This document shows positions 38,433 through 47,645 of a stretch of DNA of 64,000 nucleotides, one piece after another. Each line of letters starts with the position of its first letter. Position 1 is the first letter of the stretch. The notes under the pieces were generated by a model. That model worked only from the letters and a program-made list of their open reading frames with translations, was not told the origin of the DNA and made no database searches. This stretch comes from an uncultured Terriglobus sp. (lineage in GTDB: Bacteria; Acidobacteriota; Terriglobia; Terriglobales; Acidobacteriaceae): the NCBI GenBank assembly GCA_964251045.1, contig CAXUHI010000012.1, forward strand, positions 39,456 through 103,455, in the 5' to 3' direction. A program made the translations under genes and the position numbers.

Positions 38433-39308
38433 ATGAGCCGCAAAGCGTTGAAAGTGGGACCCGTTGAGGCTGTTGTGTTTTACCCCGGTGGCCTCTCGAA
38501 GAAAGTTCGCAGTCTTGGTGGAATTCTGTCGAAGCCCTCTGAGGACGGGGAAGAGCACCTCGCACAGATGCCGTATGCAGAACCAAACCCGGCGACTGCA
38601 GACTTGCAGAAGCGGGTGGACGCGATCGAGTGGTATCACACGATTGACTTGGGAAATGGCGTCGTCACGCCCGGATGGTTCGACCTGCGTGGGGAACTGG
38701 ACAAGTATCCGCTGCCGGCGCGGATGGATGGCATGCGTGTGCTTGACGTAGCGACGTTCGACGGCTTTTGGGCGTTTGAGTTCGCGCGCCGCGGCGCAGA
38801 TGTTGTTGCGCTCGATATTGAGTCGTTCTCTTCGGTCGACATGTCGCCGCGGATCCGCCGCACAAAGACCCAGGAATACCTGGAACGCAAAACCGGCGAG
38901 GGATTTGCACTCGCCCGTGAAGTGCTAAACCTGCCTGTGCATCGTGAAATCTGCAACGTGTACGATCTGTCTCCAGAACGGCTCGGCATGTTCGACTTCG
39001 TTTTTGTCAGCGACTTGCTGCTTCATCTTATGAACCCCATGAAGGCGCTGAACAACATGTGCTCCGTTACCAAGGGCCACGCAGTCATCGCAGAGGTGTA
39101 TGACGCGCGCCTGCCGGAGAACGAGAAGCTGATGTATTACGAGGGCGGAGAGGTGCACAACACCTGGTGGTCGCTCAGTTTTGGTGCACTGCAGCAGATG
39201 GTCATTGATGCAGGCTTCCGCAAAGTCGAGCTTACAAACCGCTTCATGACGGGCTATCGCGGACAGCGTGCCGTTCTGCCCCATGCCAGCTTTCGGGCCA
39301 CGCCGTGA
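38433..39308 (+). CDS. Class I SAM-dependent methyltransferase.
   Basis: WYHTIDLGNGVVTPG lead-in, motif I RVLDVATFDGFWAFEFARRGA and post-I VVALD. Confidence 0.8.
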   Translation: MSRKALKVGPVEAVVFYPGGLSKKVRSLGGILSKPSEDGEEHLAQMPYAEPNPATADLQKRVDAIEWYHTIDLGNGVVTPGWFDLRGELDKYPLPARMDGMRVLDVATFDGFWAFEFARRGADVVALDIESFSSVDMSPRIRRTKTQEYLERKTGEGFALAREVLNLPVHREICNVYDLSPERLGMFDFVFVSDLLLHLMNPMKALNNMCSVTKGHAVIAEVYDARLPENEKLMYYEGGEVHNTWWSLSFGALQQMVIDAGFRKVELTNRFMTGYRGQRAVLPHASFRATP

Positions 39309-40342
39309 TACAGGACGAGACAACCAGCGCAAGCACAAGCGCCCCCTTCAGCCTGGCGGCAAGCATCGTGGTTCCCACACGTAACCGCAGCATCTTGTTG
39401 CGCGAACTCCTGAACTCTCTTCTGGCGCAGGATGTCGATCCATCAACCTACGAAATTATCGTCGTCGACAATTGTTCCAAAGACGATACGGCACAGATGA
39501 TTGAAGCCCTGCAGGCAGAGCACCCCGGCCGCATCGTCTATCACCCGCTCGTGCATGATCGCGGCCCTGTCCATGCCCGCAACGTCGGTGTGACCATCGC
39601 TCGCGGCCGGGTGATTGCACTGACTGACAGCGACTGCCGCGCGCAGAGTGACTGGCTGAGACGCGGCCTGGAGCCCTTCAATGGCCCCGTCGCTTTCGTG
39701 AGCGGCGCCGTGCTCGACAAGCCGGAGCAAAAGCTTCGCCTGTTCTCCGGGTCGTATTCCCCGGTCACCAAAGAGCATCCCACCTACCCCGCGTGCAATA
39801 TCTTCTATCGTCGCGACGTTTTCCTGCAGATGAACGGCTTTGACGAGTCGCTCTACTTCCGCAACTTCATCGACGGCAAGCCGGTGGAGTGCGCCGATAC
39901 AGACCTTGCATGGCGCATCCGCGATGCGGGCCAGAGCAATGCTTTCGCGCGCAATGCGGTTATCTATCACGAAGTCGCGAACCGTAAGCCGTTGAACTGG
40001 ATCGTCGATCCATTTCGCATCTTCGCGGTGCCTGCCCTGGTGAAGCGTCATCCGGGATTAAGGCCGTTGTTGCTGATGGGCGGACTGTTTTTTCGTCTGG
40101 AAAACCTGCTGTTTGATGTTGCTCTCCTCGCGGCGCTGCTGGGGATTTTTGCCAGTCACTACTTCTTTCTGGCATGCCTGCCCTATTTCATCTATGTTTT
40201 CTACCTGATGGCGCGGGAGAACTTTAGCGTGCTGCGAATCCCGAAGCTGATCGCCCAAGTGATGCTGCTTTCCCTGCGGCAGTTCTTCGTGAGCGCCGGT
40301 CTGATCTACGGCAGCCTGCGGTTTGGCAGTCTGGTGCTGTGA
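39305..40342 (+). CDS. Family 2 glycosyltransferase with a C-terminal membrane domain.
   Basis: IVVPTRNR...EIIVVDNCSKDDT, DSD motif (ALTDSDC) and 3-4 C-terminal TM helices. GTGA overlap with the upstream gene. Confidence 0.85.
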   Translation: MIQDETTSASTSAPFSLAASIVVPTRNRSILLRELLNSLLAQDVDPSTYEIIVVDNCSKDDTAQMIEALQAEHPGRIVYHPLVHDRGPVHARNVGVTIARGRVIALTDSDCRAQSDWLRRGLEPFNGPVAFVSGAVLDKPEQKLRLFSGSYSPVTKEHPTYPACNIFYRRDVFLQMNGFDESLYFRNFIDGKPVECADTDLAWRIRDAGQSNAFARNAVIYHEVANRKPLNWIVDPFRIFAVPALVKRHPGLRPLLLMGGLFFRLENLLFDVALLAALLGIFASHYFFLACLPYFIYVFYLMARENFSVLRIPKLIAQVMLLSLRQFFVSAGLIYGSLRFGSLVL

Positions 40343-41472
40343 AGCGAAGCCAGACAGGCCGGGTACGCCGTGTCGCATTGGTCTCAGTGACCATGGGCGA
40401 GGTTCAGCGCGGCTATGAACGATTGGTCCGTGATCTTTTCGAGCTGGTGCGAAGCGACATCGACATCACCCTGATCAAGGGCAGTGGCAGCACCATGGAC
40501 GGGCAGGAGCGCGTGCTCCGGCTCGCACGATGGGCGCGCAGGCCGGCAAGGCTGCTGCCGTTCAAAGCAGTCGCAGGATCTGAATACAAGCAGTACAAAG
40601 CGGACTGCCTGGCATGTGCATTCGGTCTGTTGCCTGAGCTGATTGCCGGCAAGTACGACATCGTCCACTTCCTGGACCTGCCACTGGGCTACATGATGCA
40701 GAGGCTCAAGCCTATGTTTCGTCTCAAGCAGAAGCTGCTCATGACGAACGGCTGCTGCATGGTTCCCAAGTACTTTCCCCGCGTGGACTGCATCCATGAG
40801 ATCACGCAGCCGAGCTACGACGATGCGCTTGCGCAGGGAGCGTGCCCTGATCTTGTCCACTTGATCCCGATCGGTATCCACACCGAAAAATTCGAGCGCT
40901 CGCAGACTCGTGAAGAACTGCGCCGCAAGTACCAGGTGCCGCAAGACACGTTTGTGATCCTGTCCGTTGCAGCCATCAAGCGTGTACACAAGCGAACGGA
41001 TTACCTCATCCGCGAGCTAAGTCAGCTCAAAGGAAACTTCCTCTTCTGGCTCGACGGCAATCCAGAGGACGCGACTCTGATCGAAGAGGCACGTGCGGTG
41101 CTCGGCGAAAAGTGCAGAGTCACGCTGGTACCCACAAAGGATGTCGGCGATCTATATCACCTGGCCGATGTGATGGTGCATGGTGCATTGGAAGAAGCAT
41201 TCGGCTTATCCATCGTCGAAGGCTTATCGACAGGCATACCTGTGTTGACCCACTGCTCACCCCACTTTCGCTGGCTGACGGGCGAGGATGCCGGTCTGGT
41301 CGATATGGCGAAGCCCATGGCCCTCGCACAGCGCCTGCAGAGCATGATGAACGAGAACTCGCCTGATCCTGCTGCTGGCGCGGCAAGGGCCGCGCGCGTG
41401 CGCGAACGCTTTGATTGGCAGGCGCTGAAGCCTGCTTACCTGGACATGTACCGCAAGCTGGTTGAGATCTGA
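40339..41472 (+). CDS. Family 4 (GT-B) glycosyltransferase.
   Basis: C-terminal EAFGLSIVEGLSTGIPVLT (EX7E-type motif). Confidence 0.85.
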   Translation: MKRSQTGRVRRVALVSVTMGEVQRGYERLVRDLFELVRSDIDITLIKGSGSTMDGQERVLRLARWARRPARLLPFKAVAGSEYKQYKADCLACAFGLLPELIAGKYDIVHFLDLPLGYMMQRLKPMFRLKQKLLMTNGCCMVPKYFPRVDCIHEITQPSYDDALAQGACPDLVHLIPIGIHTEKFERSQTREELRRKYQVPQDTFVILSVAAIKRVHKRTDYLIRELSQLKGNFLFWLDGNPEDATLIEEARAVLGEKCRVTLVPTKDVGDLYHLADVMVHGALEEAFGLSIVEGLSTGIPVLTHCSPHFRWLTGEDAGLVDMAKPMALAQRLQSMMNENSPDPAAGAARAARVRERFDWQALKPAYLDMYRKLVEI

Positions 41473-42045
41473 ATGCCGTATATCCTGCAGCGCTACAGTC
41501 GGCGACAGACCCGCGAGTTGATGCGCGCGGACTATGAGCGGCTGTATCAACTACTTGCGCGCGGCCAGCCGCAACCGCCGGTGCTGGTCTGGTGCCACCC
41601 TTCGTTTCTGTGTACGTGTCTGTACCGGCTGTCGAACCACTTCTATCGCTCAGGGCACCGCTACATCGCGCGGTTCTGGTGGCACCTGAACATGTTGCTT
41701 ACGGGTGCCGATGTGAGCGAACCTGCTGACCTCGGTGGGGGGCTGGTTGTCCTGAGCCCTGCCGGTGCAGCCCTGATGGGTAAGGCGGGCCGCAACCTGA
41801 CCGTCATGCCGTGCGCCGGGCTGGGCGGTGAACTCGGTCGCCTGCTGGACGTTGGGGGAGGCCCCGGCGTACCGGTGCTGGGTGATGACGTCATCCTGGA
41901 GCCCCACTGTGGTGTACTGGGCCCCGTGATTGTTGGCGATCGTGTGCGCGTGGGGGCGGGTATGGCGCTATGCTTCGATGTGCCCGACGACACCTACGTC
42001 GAATCTCCGAACGTGCGCTTTCTGAAGAGGAAGGACCTGGCATGA
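41473..42045 (+). CDS. Hexapeptide-repeat (LbH) acyltransferase, serine acetyltransferase-like.
   Basis: CysE/EpsC-like N-terminal helix (YRLSNHFYRSGHRYIARFWWHLNMLLTGADV) followed by Gly-rich LbH turns. Confidence 0.75.
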   Translation: MPYILQRYSRRQTRELMRADYERLYQLLARGQPQPPVLVWCHPSFLCTCLYRLSNHFYRSGHRYIARFWWHLNMLLTGADVSEPADLGGGLVVLSPAGAALMGKAGRNLTVMPCAGLGGELGRLLDVGGGPGVPVLGDDVILEPHCGVLGPVIVGDRVRVGAGMALCFDVPDDTYVESPNVRFLKRKDLA

Positions 42046-42686
42046 CACGGGTCGAAGCCAGATGCGCTGCGTACCAGCACGGCAATCTACTGCCCTTGCG
42101 CGCGGAAATCTTCTCAGATATCCGACGGTTCATGACGAAGTCAGAAGCCAGCCTCGCCGCTTCTGATGACACATTTCACCGCGTCAGCGCGTTTCTAACC
42201 CCTGAGCTTCTGGCTCAGACGATCTATCGGTTTGCCCATTACTGCTATGTGCGCCGATGGTTGTTCACCGCGACGCTGCTGACCCGCATGAATAGCATGG
42301 TTCACAAGATCAATATCCCACCCCAAAGCTGCATCGGGCCGGGATTGCACATTCCTCATCCCTGCGGCATAACCTTTTGCGGGTCCGCGGGAAGTGACTG
42401 CACGCTGTACTCACTCGCGACCGTGGGCGCGGATGTAGCGTATGCCGACGGACCTGTCGACCAGTCACCGTATCTCGGGGATCGTGTAACCATCGCCGCC
42501 CATGAGGCTATTCTCGGGCCGATGACAATGGGCGACGACGTGAAGACGGGCCTGTTTACCTTTCGAATGGACTTCGATGTTCCTTCGGGGGTGATCGTTC
42601 GTGGAAGGGTAAAGAAACCCTCGCTCCACGCGAAGCCAGGCCCGCTGGACGCCTTTCAACGGCCCGCACCGGAGCAGGGTGCATGA
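42042..42686 (+). CDS. Second hexapeptide-repeat acyltransferase, a paralogue of the preceding gene.
   Basis: ATGA overlap at 42042-42045. IYRFAHYCYVRRWLFTATLLTRMNSMVHKINI followed by LbH turns. Confidence 0.75.
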   Translation: MTRVEARCAAYQHGNLLPLRAEIFSDIRRFMTKSEASLAASDDTFHRVSAFLTPELLAQTIYRFAHYCYVRRWLFTATLLTRMNSMVHKINIPPQSCIGPGLHIPHPCGITFCGSAGSDCTLYSLATVGADVAYADGPVDQSPYLGDRVTIAAHEAILGPMTMGDDVKTGLFTFRMDFDVPSGVIVRGRVKKPSLHAKPGPLDAFQRPAPEQGA

Positions 42687-43639
42687 TGCTCCTTTCTTTC
42701 GTGATTCCGACTTTCAATCGATCGCAGTTACTGCGCAAAACGTTGCCGGCCCTGCTCGAGCAGGTCACGGAGCCGTGGTTCGCTTACGAAGTGATCTTTG
42801 TGAGCAACGGCTCTTCTGACGCGACGGACGAGTTGCTCCGCGAGGCGGCAGCACGCAATGAAGGCCGACTGCGTTACTTCTATATCGATCCGACGGGTGG
42901 TCCTTCGGCACCGAGGAACCACGGGATACGCGAGGCGAAGGGCGATATCGTCATCATCCAGGATGATGACGTGTTGCCCGATGCGACGATGGTGTTGGAG
43001 CATGCGAAGTTTCATCGCGACCACCCTGCAGCACATCATGCTGCGCTTGGAGAGGTGTATGTACCGCCTGAGCTGCTACAAGATCCCATGACGCTGTTCC
43101 ATAGCTTTCCGTATCACGAGGTAAGCGGGCTCGATAGGCTCAGCTACCTGCACTTCTGGACGTGTAATGTCTCGCTCAAGCGAGACTTTATGCTGAGCGC
43201 GGGCATGTTTGATGAATCCTTTCTTTTTTACGAGGACGTGATCTGCGCGCACCGCCTGCAGGCGAATGGCATGCATCTTCATTTTCTTCCGTCGGCAAAG
43301 GGAGCGCATCTGCACGAGTTGAAGGCTAGCGACGTGGCGAAAAAGGGCCGCTTTTATGGGCAGTGGCTTTACAGATTTTTTCAGGCCTATCCTTATCCCG
43401 AAGTGATGCAGCGGTTTGAGATCATCTCGCCCAGATTCGGTCCGGTGCCGTACGTCAGAAGCATTGCGAAACGCGTGCGCTTTCACTTGATTGACAACCC
43501 AATCACCTGGCTCGGCTTTCGAATCGCCGGTGTTCTGAAGAGCCCAAGAAACGGCATGACTGACTTCTACTATTCCTACGTACTGCGAAGGAACATCTTC
43601 GCGGGCTATAACTCGCAACGGAGACAAGAGCTTCCATAG
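42683..43639 (+). CDS. Family 2 glycosyltransferase.
   Basis: LSFVIPTFNR...EVIFVSNGSSDATDE and DDD motif (IIQDDDV). Confidence 0.85.
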   Translation: MMLLSFVIPTFNRSQLLRKTLPALLEQVTEPWFAYEVIFVSNGSSDATDELLREAAARNEGRLRYFYIDPTGGPSAPRNHGIREAKGDIVIIQDDDVLPDATMVLEHAKFHRDHPAAHHAALGEVYVPPELLQDPMTLFHSFPYHEVSGLDRLSYLHFWTCNVSLKRDFMLSAGMFDESFLFYEDVICAHRLQANGMHLHFLPSAKGAHLHELKASDVAKKGRFYGQWLYRFFQAYPYPEVMQRFEIISPRFGPVPYVRSIAKRVRFHLIDNPITWLGFRIAGVLKSPRNGMTDFYYSYVLRRNIFAGYNSQRRQELP

Positions 43640-43686
43640 CTGTTTGGCTGCGCCGTCGTAAATGGAACGAGAGCAACGGAGGACAC

Positions 43687-44400
43687 ATGATTCGCTCCGG
43701 ACTGGAACGCATGATTACGCTCACTTCTCCGGGAGGGGACAAGACGTTCTTCGCTCCCGAAGAGTTCCCCTGGGTGGCAGAGGTCGAAGCGGCAACGCCC
43801 GAGATCCTTACCGAGTTGCAGCAGCTGCTCTTGAAGCGGGACAACATCCCGAACTTTCAGGACGTTTCCGCAGATCAGGCTGTGCTCACGCAAGGGACTG
43901 ACTGGAAGACGTTCTTTCTGTATGCCTATGGACGCGAGCTGACGGAGAACTGCCAGCAATGCCCGAAGACGGTAAAGGCACTCGGGCGTATCAAGGGGAT
44001 GAAGACCGCGATGTTCTCAATCCTGGCTCCGGGGAAGCACATCCCTGAGCACCGCGGGCCGTACAAGGGCGTGCTGCGTTACCACCTGGGCCTCATCATT
44101 CCGGAACAGGCGGAGAAGTGCCGTATCCGTGTCGGAAACGACTTCAGGCACTGGGAAGCCGGCAGGAGCCTGATTTTCGATGACGCGCACCTGCACGAGG
44201 TGTGGAACGACACGGACGAGCAGCGGGTTGTGCTGTTTGTTGATTTTGAGCGGCCGCTGCCGTTTCCGGTTTCACTGCTGAATCGCGCCGTCATCAAGCG
44301 CATTGGCAACACGGATTTCGTAACCGATGCCGTCGCAAAGATCGCCGGCATGTCCCGCCCGGAGAAAGGTGCGGACGCCGGATCGGTCGCTAGAGGATGA
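43687..44400 (+). CDS. Aspartyl/asparaginyl beta-hydroxylase-family Fe(II)/2OG oxygenase (LpxO-like fold).
   Basis: AMFSILAPGKHIPEHRGPYKGVLRYHLGLIIP... and FDDAHLHEVWNDTDEQRVVLFVDF blocks, typical of PF05118. Confidence 0.85.
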   Translation: MIRSGLERMITLTSPGGDKTFFAPEEFPWVAEVEAATPEILTELQQLLLKRDNIPNFQDVSADQAVLTQGTDWKTFFLYAYGRELTENCQQCPKTVKALGRIKGMKTAMFSILAPGKHIPEHRGPYKGVLRYHLGLIIPEQAEKCRIRVGNDFRHWEAGRSLIFDDAHLHEVWNDTDEQRVVLFVDFERPLPFPVSLLNRAVIKRIGNTDFVTDAVAKIAGMSRPEKGADAGSVARG

Positions 44401-45412
44401 GCGCACCGAAACGCAGGCTGCCCGCCGTGAGCAATACAAACGATGCCAGGTCTCGCGGCGCGTATAGCAGCACGCGCACAAGGCGAAGCGGACCCTTCAA
44501 TGTCTTCGACGTCTCAGAGCCGCGTACCCAGATGTACGGCAGCACGAGCACGAGGCTCCAGAGGCTGAACCAGGCAAGCACGATTCCTGCCAGAGCCATC
44601 AGGATCCACACCTGGATAACGTCGTAGAAGTAGCCGTACAAAAGAAATTTGCGAAGTTCCGGATACGCCCGCAGCATCTTCGGCAGAACATATAGCCGGT
44701 GGTTCACAAACCAGCGCAGCACCGAGATGGGCATCACCTCGTGGAACACAAGGGCTCCGTTGGCGAACGCGCTTTGCCAGCCAGCCCGCTTTACCTTCCA
44801 CGCGAGATCGACGTCCTCTCCGCCAAGAGGCCGTTCCGCGTTGGGGCGCTTGTCGTGCAGAAATCCGCCGGAGTTCTCAAACGCTTCACGCCGGTAAAAG
44901 ATATTTGCCGTTTCGTAGAGAAAGTCTTCCCGCTCAACCTTGATGGTTCGGCTGAAGACGTTGTGAGGCGCCTTTGGATCTGGCAACGTTCTTCCTTGAA
45001 CGAGACCCACTTCCGGCGCCTTGAAACCCGCGAGTCCCTCGATCAGCCACTCGGGCGAAGCCTCGCAATCGCTGTCCATGAAAGCGATGATGTCTGCCGT
45101 ACCGGTGCGGGCACCAAGGTTGCGTGAAGGCCCCGGACCCTCGGGCTTCTTGCTCAGGCATGCCAAGCGGCATGGTGCCTGATCGCGAAGAGCGTTCACC
45201 ATGTGTACATTGCTCTCGTCGGGCGAGCTGTCCACCACGAACACTTCAAACTGTTCGGGAGAGAGCGTTTGCGTGAACAGAGAGCGGACCGCAAGCTCCA
45301 GTTGCCGGGGTCGCTTGAACGCGGGTATTACAACGGTGATTAAGGGTCGCCGTGTTGTTGAACCCGCTGGTTCCATTGCCGCCAGCTTAGTGCGTTGCAC
45401 GGGTGAAGACAA
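44390..45412 (-). CDS. Family 2 glycosyltransferase with a C-terminal membrane domain, a paralogue of 39305..40342.
   Basis: ITVVIPAFKRP...EVFVVDSSPDES, DSD (FMDSDC) and C-terminal TM helices. Alternative start at 45376. Confidence 0.85.
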   Translation of the reverse strand: MSSPVQRTKLAAMEPAGSTTRRPLITVVIPAFKRPRQLELAVRSLFTQTLSPEQFEVFVVDSSPDESNVHMVNALRDQAPCRLACLSKKPEGPGPSRNLGARTGTADIIAFMDSDCEASPEWLIEGLAGFKAPEVGLVQGRTLPDPKAPHNVFSRTIKVEREDFLYETANIFYRREAFENSGGFLHDKRPNAERPLGGEDVDLAWKVKRAGWQSAFANGALVFHEVMPISVLRWFVNHRLYVLPKMLRAYPELRKFLLYGYFYDVIQVWILMALAGIVLAWFSLWSLVLVLPYIWVRGSETSKTLKGPLRLVRVLLYAPRDLASFVLLTAGSLRFGALIL

Positions 45413-47603
45413 GAGCGGTGACCGAGTGCGCAGGGAAGGTATGCTCCATGGCTGCGCCTGCCGGCACGCTGCTGTCTGTGATTGTGATCTCCGAGGGGGA
45501 GCCTTGGCGGAAGCGTCCCGCAGGTCCGTCCTCAGCCTGCGGGGGCAGGTGGAGACCGGGGACTGCGATAATGCCCGTGCCCGTATTTGCGTCGATCGCG
45601 GTGCCGTTCAGCAGATGCTGCTCTGCCTGTGGCTGAGGGCGAAAGCCCTCGATTTTGAGCTGCGTCACAACAGCATGATCCAGACTGCGGTTCACCGTCA
45701 TGACATAGAGCTGACGGCCATCTGCACTCAACGTGCTCGTTGTCATGAGGTCGGGTGCGTCTTTCACAGCATCCGTTAGCCCAACTGTTTCACTCTGGAA
45801 GGTTGAAGATCTGACCTGGCTGCGGACGAGGTCCGTGCCGGAATAGTGGGTGAACATCTTGAAGACATAAGCTCTGGCTGACTCGGTCCAGTCCGGTTGA
45901 GGAGGAAACCGTGTGTCCTTCGTACCGATCCAGCCGAGCACGCTGTAGTCATTCAGTTGCCAGAAGTTCGCAATGTCCGTTTTCTGCGAAGACATCAAAG
46001 TTTCGAGCATGCTTGCGGCGAACAAGGCTGACCCAAGCGTCTTGCCGTGGTCGATGTAACGCGTGCTGAAATCGAAACGGAATGCAGGACCCCATTCCGT
46101 GACGGCGATACCGATATGCGAAGCACGTGCCGGCGCGTACTGTTCAATCTGCTGCCGAATGGTTTCCAGGTTCTCTGCGATCAACGCAGGGGCGGCCAGC
46201 ATCGCTTTGTACACGGTGGGGACATCCTGCGTGTCCGTCTTGAGCAGCGGGGCGTATGCGTTGTGTACCGAGAGATAGTCGATTTGATCCTGCGCGCGGT
46301 CCAACAGAACTTTGTCCCAGTCTGACGACGCCATGGTGGTGTAACTGCCGTGGTTCTGCCCACCGATCGCCAATATCTTGATGGTGGGATCGACGGCCCG
46401 CATGGCTCGCGAGAACTCCAGGAACCGGTCGGCATATTGCTGCGGCGTCAGGATCGCTCCTGCCGACCCGAGGTTGGGGTTATTCAGATACAGCTCGTTT
46501 CCAACCTCCCAATACCGGACGCGCTGATGCGGAACATTGACGTAGCGCACCCAGTCCGCCGCTTCCTGCGCTGTGCCCGTGCCTGCGTTCACGGTGATAA
46601 GCAGCTCCGCGCCGGCATCGTGTGCAAACTGCAGGGCCTCGTCCGTCCCGAAGTATGCCCGCGAGCGGTCCCTGCCGCCTGACAGGTGGAGCATCTCCGG
46701 TCGTTTCTCCGGCGTGCCTACCCCGTTCTTCCATTGATAGGCATCGGAGTACACGCCGCCGGGATAGCGAATGAGCTTGATACCCATACCTCGCGACAGG
46801 CTCATCAGCTTGGGGTCAGCCTTGTGCTGGTCAGGCAGCCACGCCCCGTTTCCATTCCAGATCCATTCCATGTTGGTGCCATAGAGAGTCTCCGGAATTT
46901 TTCGTAACACTTGGCCCGCATCAATCTGGATAGAAGCATTGGTCGGCTTAGCGGTAACGGAGTTCACGGGTGCGGGCGCGGAAGAGGTTTGGCCTGCCAC
47001 ACCCAAGGAGAGGTCATCGAACCATGCCGCGCCGGACTTGCCGTCGACCCAGCAGATGAAAACCACCTGTGCGTTTGAGCCACCCGGAACCGGGTAGTTC
47101 CCTTCCAACCTGGTCCAGCTGTTCAGAGCAGGCTGTGTCAGCATCGCGAGGTTTTGCGGCTTATTGCCGACGATGGTCAGCATGCCGATGTGCGCAACGG
47201 CAGCGCCCTGCACGCGTACCCAGCCTGAGTATTGAAGAGACTGCTTGCCTAGCCCTCTGGTGGCAACCATCTGGCTTGCTGCAAGCGGCTGGCCTCCCGC
47301 GTTCTTTGCGTTGGGTTCCAGTTTCAGTGCGGCGCTCCCAGAGTGGACAATAGCGTGGTCGATTTGAGCCGAGCCCTCCTCACCGGTATGCGCCATGTCC
47401 CGGGTCCAGCCTGCGGCGATATCACCACCTGCGGTCTCAAAACCGGTGTTCGTCAGCAGTTCTGGAGGGAAGTCATTCACCTGTGCGCTCACCGTGTCAT
47501 CCGTTGACAAATCCGATAAGTTTGAAGGAGCATGTCTGGACAGCGCAAAGCCCGTCAGCATGACCGCTCCGGCGATTCCTAACAGCTGGAGGCGGAGGCG
47601 CAT
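45387..47603 (-). CDS. Membrane-anchored glycoside hydrolase: CBM4/9-like module, clan GH-A (beta/alpha)8 catalytic domain, C-terminal beta-sandwich.
   Basis: Internal ATG 47603 gives MRLRLQLLGIAGAVMLTGFAL (anchor). CBM-like NTGFETAGG...AWFDDLSL. Acid/base motif YWEVGNE and nucleophile motif IAVTEWG. The longer track ORF (to 48050) overlaps the divergent gene and is rejected. Confidence 0.8.
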   Translation of the reverse strand: MRLRLQLLGIAGAVMLTGFALSRHAPSNLSDLSTDDTVSAQVNDFPPELLTNTGFETAGGDIAAGWTRDMAHTGEEGSAQIDHAIVHSGSAALKLEPNAKNAGGQPLAASQMVATRGLGKQSLQYSGWVRVQGAAVAHIGMLTIVGNKPQNLAMLTQPALNSWTRLEGNYPVPGGSNAQVVFICWVDGKSGAAWFDDLSLGVAGQTSSAPAPVNSVTAKPTNASIQIDAGQVLRKIPETLYGTNMEWIWNGNGAWLPDQHKADPKLMSLSRGMGIKLIRYPGGVYSDAYQWKNGVGTPEKRPEMLHLSGGRDRSRAYFGTDEALQFAHDAGAELLITVNAGTGTAQEAADWVRYVNVPHQRVRYWEVGNELYLNNPNLGSAGAILTPQQYADRFLEFSRAMRAVDPTIKILAIGGQNHGSYTTMASSDWDKVLLDRAQDQIDYLSVHNAYAPLLKTDTQDVPTVYKAMLAAPALIAENLETIRQQIEQYAPARASHIGIAVTEWGPAFRFDFSTRYIDHGKTLGSALFAASMLETLMSSQKTDIANFWQLNDYSVLGWIGTKDTRFPPQPDWTESARAYVFKMFTHYSGTDLVRSQVRSSTFQSETVGLTDAVKDAPDLMTTSTLSADGRQLYVMTVNRSLDHAVVTQLKIEGFRPQPQAEQHLLNGTAIDANTGTGIIAVPGLHLPPQAEDGPAGRFRQGSPSEITITDSSVPAGAAMEHTFPAHSVTALVFTRATH

Positions 47604-47645
47604 CGTGCGTTCGATTATAGCGGTTGCTTCCTCCGAGGATGCGTC

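Noticed and set aside
37226-38467. 413-aa + strand ORF in an alternative frame.
   Set aside because: It overlaps the Wzx flippase frame, which gives regular TM helices. The alternative frame is an Arg/Gly-rich shadow.
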